Positions 32,315-42,101 of a stretch of 64,000 nucleotides of DNA are shown in pieces. The notes beneath the pieces are model-generated. The model saw nothing but the letters and a program-made list of their open reading frames with translations. It had not been told where the DNA came from and did not search any database. Positions within the stretch are counted from its first letter, which is position 1; the number at the start of each line of letters is the position of its first letter. The stretch comes from Candidatus Aminicenantes bacterium UBA6072 (GTDB lineage: Bacteria; Acidobacteriota; Aminicenantia; UBA2199). The stretch is from positions 145,979-209,978 of the forward strand of contig DIXU01000008.1 in NCBI GenBank assembly GCA_002436105.1. The letters run 5' to 3'. The translations under genes and the position numbers were made by a program.

Positions 32315-33331
32315 ATGAGCACCGTCATCCGCTCGCCGAACTGGATCGGCGACGGGATCATGTGCCTTCCCGCCATCCGGGCTTTCAAGGCGAGTTTCCC
32401 CGACGAGCGCCTGGCCGTCGCGGCCAAGCGCTACCTGGCCGCCGTGTTCCTGAACATCCCGGAGATCGACGAGATCGTTCCTTTGCCCGACCGCTGGACC
32501 CCGAGCTCGATCGCGTCCGCCATCGGGGAATTCAGGCACAGGGGATTCCGCCGAGGCGTCCTGTTCACCAACTCCTTCTCATCCGCCCTCTTCTTCCGCC
32601 TGGCCGGCATCCGTTCCCTGGCCGGCTATGCCCGCGACGGCCGCGGATTCCTGCTCCGTGACCGGGTGCCGCCGCCTTTGGCCGGCGGCCATCATCAGCA
32701 TTATTACCTGAACATCATCGGGCACCTGCCGGGGAATAGCGCGGGCCCGTCCTTCCCGGCCAACCTGGTTGTCAGCGCCGGGGAGAAGGAATGGGCGGCG
32801 GACTGGCTGCGGGAACAGGGGATCGCCGGCGAACGCCCCCTGCTGGCCGTCTCCCCGACCGCGGCCTACGGCAGCGCCAAGGCCTGGCTCCCCGACCGCT
32901 TCCGCGAGGTCATCCGCCGCTGGCTGGAGAGATTTCCCGAAGCCGCCGTGCTGCTGCTGGGCGGCCGGTCGGAGCGGGAGCGGATCGCCGCCATTGCCGA
33001 CGGGCTGCCGGGGAGCGTGCTCAACCTGGCCGGCGCGCTCGACCTGCGCCGCTCCATCGCCGTGCTGTCGCGCTGCCGGCTGTTCGTCGGCAACGACTCG
33101 GGGCTGATGCACGTGGCGGCCGCCCTCTCCGTGCCGCTGGTCGCCGTGTTCGGCCCCACCGAGCCCGGCCGCACCGCGCCGCTCGCCGACCGTTTCCGGC
33201 TGTTGCACCACGGGGCCGACTGCGCTCCCTGCCGCCGGCGCGAATGCCCCGGCGACCATCGCTGCATGACCGCCGTCAGCGTCGACGAGGTCCTGGCGGC
33301 GGCGACCGAGCTGTGGCGGGGGGCGCAATGA
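32315..33331 (+). CDS. ADP-heptose:LPS heptosyltransferase (GT9, WaaF/RfaF-like)
   Basis: 338 aa GT9 fold with PNWIGD and GNDSGLMH motifs. Confidence 0.75.
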   Translation: MSTVIRSPNWIGDGIMCLPAIRAFKASFPDERLAVAAKRYLAAVFLNIPEIDEIVPLPDRWTPSSIASAIGEFRHRGFRRGVLFTNSFSSALFFRLAGIRSLAGYARDGRGFLLRDRVPPPLAGGHHQHYYLNIIGHLPGNSAGPSFPANLVVSAGEKEWAADWLREQGIAGERPLLAVSPTAAYGSAKAWLPDRFREVIRRWLERFPEAAVLLLGGRSERERIAAIADGLPGSVLNLAGALDLRRSIAVLSRCRLFVGNDSGLMHVAAALSVPLVAVFGPTEPGRTAPLADRFRLLHHGADCAPCRRRECPGDHRCMTAVSVDEVLAAATELWRGAQ

Positions 33332-33903
33332 CCCGGGCCGTCTTCCTCGACCGCGACGGGACGCTGATCGAGAACCGCGGCTACATCTGCGAGCTTTCCC
33401 AGGCCTTGGTGTTTCCCTTCGCCGCCGCCGCCGTGCGCAGGCTGAACCGCGCCGGCTACCGCGTCATCGTGGTCAGCAACCAGTCGGCCGTGGCCCGCGG
33501 CATCTGCAGCGAGGAGCAGGTGCTCGCCCTGCACCGCGGGCTGCGGGAGCATTTCGCCGGGCAGGGGGCCGAGATCGCCGCCTTCTATCATTGCCCGTTC
33601 CTGGCCGACGCCGCGCTGGCCGCCTACCGGCGCGAGAGCCCGCTGCGCAAGCCGGCGCCGGGCATGCTGCTGCAGGCGGCCGCCGAACACGGCATCGACC
33701 TGGCCGCCAGCTTCATGGTCGGCGACAGCCTCGACGACATCGAAGCCGGCCGCCGGGCCGGCTGCCGCACCGTGCTGGTGCGCACCGGCCACGGCGCTGA
33801 AAGCGAATCCCGGCTCGCGGCGACGGGGCCGCGCCCCGACCACATCGTCGCCGACCTGGCCGTTGCCGCCGCCCTCATCGACGAAGGCGGCACAAGGCCT
33901 TGA
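33328..33903 (+). CDS. gmhB: D-glycero-D-manno-heptose-1,7-bisphosphate phosphatase (HAD)
   Basis: VFLDRDGT motif I and GDSLDD motif. ATGA overlap with waaF. Confidence 0.8.
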   Translation: MTRAVFLDRDGTLIENRGYICELSQALVFPFAAAAVRRLNRAGYRVIVVSNQSAVARGICSEEQVLALHRGLREHFAGQGAEIAAFYHCPFLADAALAAYRRESPLRKPAPGMLLQAAAEHGIDLAASFMVGDSLDDIEAGRRAGCRTVLVRTGHGAESESRLAATGPRPDHIVADLAVAAALIDEGGTRP

Positions 33904-33952
33904 GCGGAGCGGGGCGGCGCAAGAAAATCGCCGCCCGGGTGTTGTCCGTGCC

Positions 33953-34552
33953 ATGGATGATCCCCGGCTGACCGATGACGAGGTCGTCACATCCGTCCTG
34001 GGCGGCCGCCGGCAGGACTTCGAGGTCCTGGTCCGGCGCTACTCGTCGCGCATCGTCCATTTCGTCGCGCGCATGACCGGGGACAACGATGAGGCCCGCA
34101 GCATCGCCCAGGACGTTTTCCTGAAGATCTTCGTGAACCTCCCCTACTACCGGCGCGAGAACAACTTCTCGGCCTTCATTTTCAGGATCGCCCGCAACAT
34201 GACCCTGAACTGGCTCAAGCGCCGGAAGCGCACCGTCTTTTTCTCGCGCCTGCTGGGGCACGAACTGGACCGCCTCCCCCCCAGCCAGGACCCGCCTTCC
34301 CTTTCGCCAATGGAGCAGGGCGAGCGCGAGCAGGCCCTGACGCGCCAGCTGCGCCGGCTCCCGGTGGAGCAGCGCCTGGCCCTGGTCCTCAAGGTCTACC
34401 TGGAATTCTCCTACAAGCAGATCGCCGACGTGACCGGCTGGTCGGTGCCCAAGATCGAGACGCTCATATCGCGGGCCAAGGCCCGCCTGAAAAAAGGCAT
34501 CCGCCTGCAAGAAAGCGGCAACGAGCCTGTTGTAGAAGCGAGGGAAAAATGA
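33953..34552 (+). CDS. ECF-family RNA polymerase sigma factor
   Basis: Sigma70 regions 2 and 4. Start set to MDDPRLTDDE after the gmhB stop. Confidence 0.75.
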   Translation: MDDPRLTDDEVVTSVLGGRRQDFEVLVRRYSSRIVHFVARMTGDNDEARSIAQDVFLKIFVNLPYYRRENNFSAFIFRIARNMTLNWLKRRKRTVFFSRLLGHELDRLPPSQDPPSLSPMEQGEREQALTRQLRRLPVEQRLALVLKVYLEFSYKQIADVTGWSVPKIETLISRAKARLKKGIRLQESGNEPVVEAREK

Positions 34553-34998
34553 ATTGCCGAAAGATCGTCCGCCGGCTCAGCGCTTTCCAGGACGGGGAAC
34601 TTGCTTCCTCGCTGGAGCGGCAGATCGAGATGCACCTGCGCGAGTGCGCCGCCTGCAGCCGCGAACTTGCGGAAATGAACCGGCTGCGCGAACGACTGCT
34701 GCGGCTGCCGCCGCCCGCGGCCGACCCTTATTTCCCCGGCCGCGTCATGGCCCTGCTGCCGGGGCGGCCGGCGGCCGCCCAGCGCCTGCTGCGGGCCGCC
34801 GCCTGGGCCGCGCTGTTCATCGCCGTCTTCCTCGGCGGCTTCCTGCTGAAGACATCCGCCGGCGCGACGGACGCCGACGGCCGCCATCCGGCCGCCACCT
34901 TCAGCTCCGTGCTGCTGGAGCCGCAGGCGTTCGGCCTGCTCGCCGTTCACGACGACTCCCTCGACCTGTTCAACGGAGGCGGCCATGAACAGGAGTAG
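34549..34998 (+). CDS. anti-sigma factor, zf-HC2 type, single TM
   Basis: HLRECAACSRE zinc motif, central TM, and overlap with the sigma gene. Confidence 0.7.
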   Translation: MNCRKIVRRLSAFQDGELASSLERQIEMHLRECAACSRELAEMNRLRERLLRLPPPAADPYFPGRVMALLPGRPAAAQRLLRAAAWAALFIAVFLGGFLLKTSAGATDADGRHPAATFSSVLLEPQAFGLLAVHDDSLDLFNGGGHEQE

Positions 34999-35446
34999 GA
35001 TCGTCACCCTGCTGCTCACCGTTTCCCTGGCGCTCAACCTGGCTTTCCTGGCGGCTTTCTTCTACCAGCGGACCCGGCGCCCGCCTTTGCCGGCGCCGCC
35101 CGAGTTCAAGAGCGATTTCGGCCTCAGCGCCGAGCAGGACGCCCGGGTGCGCGGGATCGTCCGCAAGTTCAAGATCAACTCCATCCTGTTCAGGGAGGAC
35201 ATTTTGGACAAGCGAGTGGAGATCATCGAGGAGCTCGGCCGTGAGCAGGGCGACCGGGAGAAGATCGCCGCCCGCATCGAGGAACTGAACTCACTGGAGA
35301 ACCAGCTCAATCGCGACTTCATCGCCGCCCTGCTCCAGATCGGCGACATCCTCGAGCCGGAGCAGCGCCTGGACATGATCTACCGCCTGAGCCGCAACTG
35401 GTTCTTTTTCGATCGCGATGGCAAAAAAGGAGGACCCCATGAATAA
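34985..35446 (+). CDS. periplasmic LTXXQ-motif protein (Spy/CpxP/ZraP family)
   Basis: N-terminal anchor/signal, then an all-helical domain with LSAEQ and LEPEQ motifs. Confidence 0.6.
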   Translation: MNRSRIVTLLLTVSLALNLAFLAAFFYQRTRRPPLPAPPEFKSDFGLSAEQDARVRGIVRKFKINSILFREDILDKRVEIIEELGREQGDREKIAARIEELNSLENQLNRDFIAALLQIGDILEPEQRLDMIYRLSRNWFFFDRDGKKGGPHE

Positions 35447-35996
35447 ACGCGTCATTTTTCTGCTGGTCACGATCCTGCTGCTCGGTTCCCTGGCGCCGGC
35501 CCAGGACGGCAAGCGGCTGCGGCCCAACCTGCTGAACAGCCTGAGGTTCGGCCTGCACATGGCGGAAAACAACCTCTTCGAGGCCCGCTTCATCCTGCGC
35601 CTGAAGGACGGGATCGGCCTGAGCGCCCAGCAGGAGCAGAAGATCGGCGACCTGATGCTGGCCTACGAGGAGAGCTCCATCCGCCGGGGATCCGACATCA
35701 AGGTGCTGGAGCTCAAGTTCGCCGCGCTGCTCAAGGGCAACCGCATCGACCGCCGGCAGATGGAGAAGATGGCCCGCGAGATCGGCAACAAGCGCACCGA
35801 CCTGCAGGTCGATCACCTCAACTACCTGCTCGACGTGCGCGACGTCCTGACCGGCGAACAGATCGCCAAACTGGAGAAGATGAAGCGGAATTTCCGCCCG
35901 AACCTGCCCGGGGCCCGGATGAACCTGCCGGGCCGGATGCCGCCGCCCCCGCCGCCCGACGGCGACGAGCCGGGGCCCGAAACGGAAAGCGACTGA
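35439..35996 (+). CDS. periplasmic LTXXQ-motif protein, second paralog, Pro-rich tail
   Basis: Signal peptide MNKRVIFLLVTILLLGSLAPAQD, with LSAQQ and LTGEQ motifs. RBS AAGGAGG. Confidence 0.6.
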   Translation: MNKRVIFLLVTILLLGSLAPAQDGKRLRPNLLNSLRFGLHMAENNLFEARFILRLKDGIGLSAQQEQKIGDLMLAYEESSIRRGSDIKVLELKFAALLKGNRIDRRQMEKMAREIGNKRTDLQVDHLNYLLDVRDVLTGEQIAKLEKMKRNFRPNLPGARMNLPGRMPPPPPPDGDEPGPETESD

Positions 35997-36044
35997 TTTC
36001 TTCCGGACGTCCGCCCCTCGTCCGTTCTCCCCTTTCCTCCCCGA

Positions 36045-36072
36045 CCGCGGCCCCCGGGCCGCGGTTTTTTTT
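36045..36072. terminator. bidirectional intrinsic terminator (CCGCGGCCC ccg GGCCGCGG + T8)
   Basis: GC hairpin followed by T8. Lies between convergent genes. Confidence 0.75.
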
Positions 36073-37174
36073 ATTTCGATATGAAGCGCTTGAAGTTCAG
36101 CAAAGATATGGAGACCAGGGTGACGGCGATGGCGCCCATGGCCAGGAGCTCTTTCCAAAAATAGGCGATGCCGTTGCCCTTGAGGAAGATCTCGCGGATG
36201 ATCTGCACCAGGTAGCGCATGGGGTTGACGTCGGCCAGCAGGCGCAGCGGGTAGGGAATGTTGTCCACCGGCGTGAAGAATCCCGACATCAGGAGGAAGA
36301 TGATCAGCGAGAACCAGGAGAAGAACATCGCCTGCTGCGCCGTGGAGGAGAGGACCGAGATCAGCAGGGCGTAGGAGAGGATGGCCGTCAGGTAGACCAG
36401 GGCGGCCAGGAACAGGACGGGAACGCCGCCGCGGAAGGGGATGCCGAACCACAGGACCACGACCGCCAGGCCGATGAGCATGTCGACCAGCCCGACCAGG
36501 ATCGCCGGCAGCGCCTTGCCCACGTAGATCTCCAGGGCGCCCAGCGGCGACATGAGCAGCGTGTCCAGAGTCTGCTGCTCCTTCTCGCGCACCAGCGAGG
36601 TGGAGGTCATGAACAGGGTGATGATGGTCAGCAGGAAGGCGACGATCCCCGGCCCCATGGTGTTGATGCCGCGCAGCTGCGGGTTGAAGCGGAACAGCGG
36701 CCGGGCCGCCACCGGCAGCCCGCGCCCCTTTTTCTCCATGTCGTCCAGGATGTAGCCCTTGATGATGCCGCTGAAATAGCCGGAGGCGATCATGGCCGTG
36801 TTGGCGTCGATGCCGTCCATGAGCACCTGCACCTCGGGATAGGCCGACGCCCCGCGCTTGCGGTCCAGGGCGTCGCGGAAGACGATGACGGTCTTCACCT
36901 CCCCCTTCTTGAGCCGGTCCAGGGAGTCCTCGTTGCGGGCGCTTTCGAAGCGCACGTTGAACAGCGGCGAGCGGCGCACGCGCTCGATGACGCGCGTGGC
37001 CGCCTGCCCGCCCGACAGGTTGACGATGCCCACCGGCACGTTGCGGATGTCGCTGGAGACGACGTAGCCCAGGACGATGATCTGGATCACCGGCGAGACG
37101 AGCATCAGGAACAGCAGCTCCTTCTGGCGCACGACCTCGATCAGTTCCTTTTTGACCAGGTGGCGCAGCTTCAT
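36071..37174 (-). CDS. ABC-2 type transporter permease
   Basis: N-terminal TM, a large periplasmic loop, and five C-terminal TMs. Paralogous to the next gene. Confidence 0.8.
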   Translation of the reverse strand: MKLRHLVKKELIEVVRQKELLFLMLVSPVIQIIVLGYVVSSDIRNVPVGIVNLSGGQAATRVIERVRRSPLFNVRFESARNEDSLDRLKKGEVKTVIVFRDALDRKRGASAYPEVQVLMDGIDANTAMIASGYFSGIIKGYILDDMEKKGRGLPVAARPLFRFNPQLRGINTMGPGIVAFLLTIITLFMTSTSLVREKEQQTLDTLLMSPLGALEIYVGKALPAILVGLVDMLIGLAVVVLWFGIPFRGGVPVLFLAALVYLTAILSYALLISVLSSTAQQAMFFSWFSLIIFLLMSGFFTPVDNIPYPLRLLADVNPMRYLVQIIREIFLKGNGIAYFWKELLAMGAIAVTLVSISLLNFKRFISK

Positions 37175-38307
37175 TGGGCCGCCTTGCGCTGGCCGGCGAA
37201 TTTGCGGATGGCGACGGCGAGCAGCAGCAGGCTGTACGCCGCCAGCATGGCGCCGTCGAAGAGAAAGTGGCGCAGCTCGGCGCCCTTGAGGATCACGCCG
37301 CGGATGATGCGCAGGAAATAGGTGGCCGGGACAACGTAGGAGATCGCGCGCAGCACCGGGCTCAGGGAATCGAGGGGGAAGATGAAGCCCGACAGCAGGA
37401 ACGAGGGCAGCATGGTGATCAGCAGGGCGGCCAGCATGGCCGTGGTCTGGGTGGGCGCCACGGTCGAGATCAGGATGCCCAGGGCCAGGCCGGCGACGAT
37501 GTAGAGCAGGCCGAAGGCCAGCAGCACCGGCAGGGCGCCGCGGAAGGGAATGCCGAACCAGAAGCGGGCGAAGAGCAGGATGACGGCGCCGTCAAGCAGG
37601 GCGACGAAAATGTAGGGGATCGTCTTGCCGACGATGATCTCGACCGACTTCAGCGGCGAAATGAACAGCAGGGAGAGCGAGCCCGTCTCGCGCTCGCGGG
37701 TGATGCTCAGCGAGGTCAGCATGGCCGAGATCATCAGCAGGATGACGGCGACCAGCCCGGGGATGAAGAAGAAGCGGCTGCGGGCCTCGGGGTTGAAGTG
37801 CATCTGGGTGCCGATCTTCAGCAGCCCGGCGCTGCCCATCCTGGCCGCGTTGAAATCCAGGATGACGCGCTCGCTGTACTGGTAGACCAGGTTGGCCACG
37901 TTGACGTCGCTGCCGTCGATGATCAGCCCGACTTCCGCCCGGCGGCCGGCGGCGGCGAGGCGGTCGAAGCCGGCCGGGATGACGATCACCTCGCGCACCA
38001 GCCCCTGGCGCAGCATGTCCTCGGCCTCGGCCGGCGAGAGCGCCCCGCCATCGGCGGAGCGCGAGCGGACCTGGAACACCGGGCTGGCGGCAAAGGCGCG
38101 CGCCAGCTGCCGCGAAGTCCCGCCCTGCGAAAGGTCGATCAGCGCGACCTCGACGCGGTCCAGGTCGTAGGAGACCGAGTAGCCGAGGATGAAGATCTGG
38201 ATCAGGGGGATGATGAAGACCAGGGTCAGGCTGCGCGGGTCGCGCAGGATGTGCAGGAACTCCTTGCGGATGATGGCCTTAATTCTGCCCATGATCGTGG
38301 ATCGCAT
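37171..38307 (-). CDS. ABC-2 type transporter permease
   Basis: Same architecture as 36071..37174, with a 4-nt overlap. Confidence 0.8.
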   Translation of the reverse strand: MRSTIMGRIKAIIRKEFLHILRDPRSLTLVFIIPLIQIFILGYSVSYDLDRVEVALIDLSQGGTSRQLARAFAASPVFQVRSRSADGGALSPAEAEDMLRQGLVREVIVIPAGFDRLAAAGRRAEVGLIIDGSDVNVANLVYQYSERVILDFNAARMGSAGLLKIGTQMHFNPEARSRFFFIPGLVAVILLMISAMLTSLSITRERETGSLSLLFISPLKSVEIIVGKTIPYIFVALLDGAVILLFARFWFGIPFRGALPVLLAFGLLYIVAGLALGILISTVAPTQTTAMLAALLITMLPSFLLSGFIFPLDSLSPVLRAISYVVPATYFLRIIRGVILKGAELRHFLFDGAMLAAYSLLLLAVAIRKFAGQRKAAQ

Positions 38308-39019
38308 CCTTGAACAGTTCCTCGATATCGGCTTTGCCCTGCCGGCGCAGCAGCTCGTCCGGCTCGCCGGCGGCGATCAGCTCGCCGTTATGAAGAATGA
38401 GGATGCGGTCGCAGTATTCGGCCTCGTCGAGGTTGTGGGTGGAGACCAGCAGGGTCTTGCCCTGCGTCTTCAGGCCGTAGATGTCGTTCCAGAACAGCCG
38501 CCGCGCCTCGGGATCGACCCCCGAGGTCGGTTCGTCGAGCAGGATGATCCCGGGATCGGGCATGAGGCAGACGAACATGGCCACCTTCTGGCGGATGCCG
38601 GGGGGAATGTCCTGCACCTTCTGGCGCAGCACGGCCTCCGGCAAATCCTGGCGGATGCGCGCCGCGTGCCGGCGCCTCTCCCCAGGGGCCAGGCCGGAGA
38701 TGCCTGCGAAAAAATCGATGTTCTCCAGCGCCGTGAGCAGCGGGTAGAGGGAGAACTTCTGCGACATGTATCCCATTTTCCTCCTGGCCGCGGCCGGGTG
38801 TTCCCGGATGTCGAGGCCCTCGACGCGCACCGTGCCGGAGGTGATCTTCAGCAGCCCGGTGATCATCTTGATGGTCGTGGTCTTGCCGGCGCCGTTGGGG
38901 CCGAGAAAACCCACGATCTCCCCGCCGGCCACGTCGAAGGAGACGCCCTTGACGGCCTGGAAGCGGCCGAAGTCCTTGCGCAGGTCGCGGACCTCGATGG
39001 CCGGCGCGGCGCCGCTCAT
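38279..39019 (-). CDS. ABC transporter ATP-binding protein
   Basis: Walker A GPNGAGKTT, Walker B ILLDEPTSGVD, H-loop. Confidence 0.85.
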   Translation of the reverse strand: MSGAAPAIEVRDLRKDFGRFQAVKGVSFDVAGGEIVGFLGPNGAGKTTTIKMITGLLKITSGTVRVEGLDIREHPAAARRKMGYMSQKFSLYPLLTALENIDFFAGISGLAPGERRRHAARIRQDLPEAVLRQKVQDIPPGIRQKVAMFVCLMPDPGIILLDEPTSGVDPEARRLFWNDIYGLKTQGKTLLVSTHNLDEAEYCDRILILHNGELIAAGEPDELLRRQGKADIEELFKDAIHDHGQN

Positions 39020-39906
39020 GCCTGCCTCTCGTAATAGATGTACATGTCCTCCAGCGTCGGCTGCTCCTCGACCATCTCCAGGTGCGGGATGCGGGCGCCG
39101 GGGTTCTCCCTGCCCTCCTGCAGGCAGCGGATGAACTTGCCGCGCAGGTACGCCCGGCCGGCCAGCTCGGGGTCGGCGGCGATGCCCTGCATGGCCGCGA
39201 AGACGTTGCCGCGCGGCAGGATGCGGAACATGCGCGCCGGAAAGGCGCGGCGCAGCCCGGCGATCGAATCCTGGCGCAGCACCCGGCCCTTGCGCATCAG
39301 GACGATATGATCCCCCTTTTCGGCCTCGTCGAGATAGGGGGTCGACATGACGATGGTCCTGCCCTCGCGCTTCAGCTCCTCGATGATGGCGAAGAACTCG
39401 ATGCGCGAAAGCGGGTCGACGCCGGTGGTCGGCTCGTCCAGGATGATCAGCTGCGGCGAAGAGAGCAGGATGGTCGAGAGGGCCAGCTTCTGCTTCATGC
39501 CCCCGGAAAGGGCGCCGGCCCGGCGGCCGCGGAACGGCTCCATGCCCGTGCGCTCCAGCAGCCGCTGCTTCAGCTCGCGGCGCCGTTGCTCCGGGACCTG
39601 CTGGACGGCGGCGAAAAAATCCATGTTCTCCTCGACGCTCAGGTCGGAGTAAAGGGAGAACTTCTCGGGCATGTAGCCGCAGACGGAGGTGACCCGGGAA
39701 TAGTCATCGCCCACGTCCGCGCCGTTCAGCAGGATGGCGCCGGAGTCCTTCTTGACCAGGCCGACCAGCATCTTGAAGAGGGTCGACTTGCCGGCGCCGT
39801 CGGCGCCGGCCAGGATGGTGATCGCGGCCGGGGCGATCTCCAGGGAGACGCGGTCCACGGCGCGGATGGCGCCGAAGGCCTTGGAGATCTCCTGGAAGCG
39901 GACCAT
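39016..39906 (-). CDS. ABC transporter ATP-binding protein
   Basis: Walker A GADGAGKST, signature LSGGMKQK, Walker B LIILDEPTTGVD. Confidence 0.85.
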   Translation of the reverse strand: MVRFQEISKAFGAIRAVDRVSLEIAPAAITILAGADGAGKSTLFKMLVGLVKKDSGAILLNGADVGDDYSRVTSVCGYMPEKFSLYSDLSVEENMDFFAAVQQVPEQRRRELKQRLLERTGMEPFRGRRAGALSGGMKQKLALSTILLSSPQLIILDEPTTGVDPLSRIEFFAIIEELKREGRTIVMSTPYLDEAEKGDHIVLMRKGRVLRQDSIAGLRRAFPARMFRILPRGNVFAAMQGIAADPELAGRAYLRGKFIRCLQEGRENPGARIPHLEMVEEQPTLEDMYIYYERQA

Positions 39907-39915
39907 GCGCCCTCC

Positions 39916-40797
39916 CTACCTGGCGAAAACGACCGTGACCGGCATGCCGATCTTGAAAACATCCAGGTCAGAGTCAATCCCGACCTTCACCTGGTAGAGG
40001 AGCGCCTGGCGCTCCTTCTCGGCGACGATGTACTTGGGGGAGAATTCGGCCTTGCGGCCGAAAAAGGCGATGCGCCCGGAAAAGGTGCGGTTTGCCATGC
40101 CGTCGACGGAAATGACGGCCTGCTGGCCGAGCTTCAGCGCCGCGATCTCCTTCTCCTCGATGAACACGTCGACGAACAGGCTGGAGAGGTCGAGGATGTC
40201 GGCCACGGCGACTCCGGGCATGACGGTCTCCCCCGGGACGGCAAAGGTCTCGAGCACCACGCCGGAAACCGGCGACTGCAGCAGCAGGTCCTTTTCGGCG
40301 AGATCCAGCGCCTGGCGCTGGTTGGCGATGCGTTCCCTCTGGATCTGCAGCGCCTCCAGCGAGCTGTCGAGCTCGAACAGGGCGGTTTGCGCCTCCTTCA
40401 GCTGCAGGCGCGATTTTTCCAGCTGGTCCCCGGATATGGATCGGCTCTGCTTCAGCCGCTCGAAGCGCTCCACCTGCTCCCGCCAGTAGAGCTGGTTGGC
40501 CAGCAGCAGCCGGCGCTTCTCCCGGGCGCGGGTCTCGCTGTTGGCGACATCGCGCTCCATGAGGGCCAGCTCCTCCCGGCGGTTGCGCACCTTGTCGCGG
40601 TTCATCTCCGCCACCGGGTCGCCCTTGCCGACGGCCTGGCCTTCCCGCACCAGGAGGCGGTCGAGGGTGCCGGCCGCCAGGACCCGGACGCTGGCGATCT
40701 CGCCGTCGACGACCCCGGGGGCGCGGATCTGTCGTTCGTTGCCGCCGCAGGATACCAGCCACACCATCAATGAGGCGAGCGCCGTCGTCTTTTTCAT
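39916..40797 (-). CDS. HlyD-family membrane fusion protein
   Basis: Start set at MKKTTALASL (RBS AGGAGG). Coiled-coil hairpin and beta-barrel/lipoyl regions. The track ORF N-terminal extension is discarded. Confidence 0.75.
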   Translation of the reverse strand: MKKTTALASLMVWLVSCGGNERQIRAPGVVDGEIASVRVLAAGTLDRLLVREGQAVGKGDPVAEMNRDKVRNRREELALMERDVANSETRAREKRRLLLANQLYWREQVERFERLKQSRSISGDQLEKSRLQLKEAQTALFELDSSLEALQIQRERIANQRQALDLAEKDLLLQSPVSGVVLETFAVPGETVMPGVAVADILDLSSLFVDVFIEEKEIAALKLGQQAVISVDGMANRTFSGRIAFFGRKAEFSPKYIVAEKERQALLYQVKVGIDSDLDVFKIGMPVTVVFAR

Positions 40798-42101
40798 CCT
40801 TCCTCCTCGAATTTTCCGACCAGGGTGTCGATCGCCGCCTTGAGCATTTCGAGCTGCGCCAGGGCCTCGTCGCGGCTGGAGCGGTAGCGTTCCTGCCCGG
40901 CCATGGCCGCCAGCAGCAGAAAATGGTCGATCTGCCGCTCCTCGTAGAGCTTTTCCTTCAGTGCCGCGTCCTCGCCGGCATTGGCCAGCAGGCCCTCCAG
41001 GAGAACGAGCTTGCGGCGGACGCTGTCCAGGGAAAGATACAGCTGCCGCAGGTTCTTTTCGCTCTCGCGGATGAAATCGGCGCGCTGGTTCTCCAGCTTG
41101 CGCACTGCGATGTCGGCCAGTTCCAGGTCGCGCCCGCGCTGGTTCCAGTCGAAGACCGGCAGCGAGACGCGCAGGCCGCCCATGACATAGAAGGCCCATT
41201 CGTTGACGAAGAAATTCTGCCCCGGCCGGGCGTAATGCGCCTGGGCAAAGGCGCTGACCTGCGGCCGGTAGGCGGCGGCGGAGGCCCGCTTTTGCTCCTG
41301 CAGCATGCGCGCCCGCCCGTCCAGGGAGCGCAGCAGCGGATGACGCTTCAGGAAATATTCCCAGTCGGCCTCGAAGCCGTCGGCGCCGGCGCCGGGCTGG
41401 AAATCGACGTCCTGCGGGTCATGGCCGCAGAGGCTGCGGAACTGCACGGCCTCCTGCCCCAGCAGCTGCTCCAGGTCCTGCAGGCCCAGCCGCGCTTCAT
41501 CGGCCCTGGCCCTGGCCTCCAGCAGGTCCGACCTCCTCACCAGCTCCTCCTCGTGCAGGCGCGCCACTTTCTTCACGTGCAGGTCCAGGCTGGCCAGCAG
41601 GGAATTCAGCGAGTCGCGCTTGCGGCTGAAGCGCAGGTGATTGAAAAAGGAGGCCTTGACCAGGCCGGCCAGCTCGATCTTCTTCAGGCGCGTCAGGTCA
41701 CGCTCCGCCGCCCCGCGCGCCGCCTCCATCTTCACGGCGCTGGCGAGGCGGCCCCCGGTATGGAGCGGCTGGAGCAGCGTAACGTTCAGATCGGCCGTCC
41801 CGTGGGGCGTCGAGAGGATGACCGTTCCCGCCGGCACCTGGGGGCCGAGGGGGAAGGGGAAATCCGCGGCGGTCACCTGGATGGCGTCGGAACTGTAGCG
41901 GTAGCTGCCTTCAAAACCGGCCGTGAAGCGCCGGCGCCGCAGCGCGCTCCGCTCGGCAATGGCGGCGGCCGCCACCTCCAGTTTCTGGCTGTCCAGGCCG
42001 CGGTTGATGGCCCAGGCGTCGGCCACGGCGCGGGAGAGGGTCACCCTGGCCGGCAGCATCATGGCCGATGCCAACAGGATCGCGAACAGAGTTTTTTTCA
42101 T
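40794..42101 (-). CDS. TolC-family outer membrane efflux protein
   Basis: Signal peptide, duplicated alpha/beta repeats, 435 aa. Confidence 0.75.
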   Translation of the reverse strand: MKKTLFAILLASAMMLPARVTLSRAVADAWAINRGLDSQKLEVAAAAIAERSALRRRRFTAGFEGSYRYSSDAIQVTAADFPFPLGPQVPAGTVILSTPHGTADLNVTLLQPLHTGGRLASAVKMEAARGAAERDLTRLKKIELAGLVKASFFNHLRFSRKRDSLNSLLASLDLHVKKVARLHEEELVRRSDLLEARARADEARLGLQDLEQLLGQEAVQFRSLCGHDPQDVDFQPGAGADGFEADWEYFLKRHPLLRSLDGRARMLQEQKRASAAAYRPQVSAFAQAHYARPGQNFFVNEWAFYVMGGLRVSLPVFDWNQRGRDLELADIAVRKLENQRADFIRESEKNLRQLYLSLDSVRRKLVLLEGLLANAGEDAALKEKLYEERQIDHFLLLAAMAGQERYRSSRDEALAQLEMLKAAIDTLVGKFEEEG

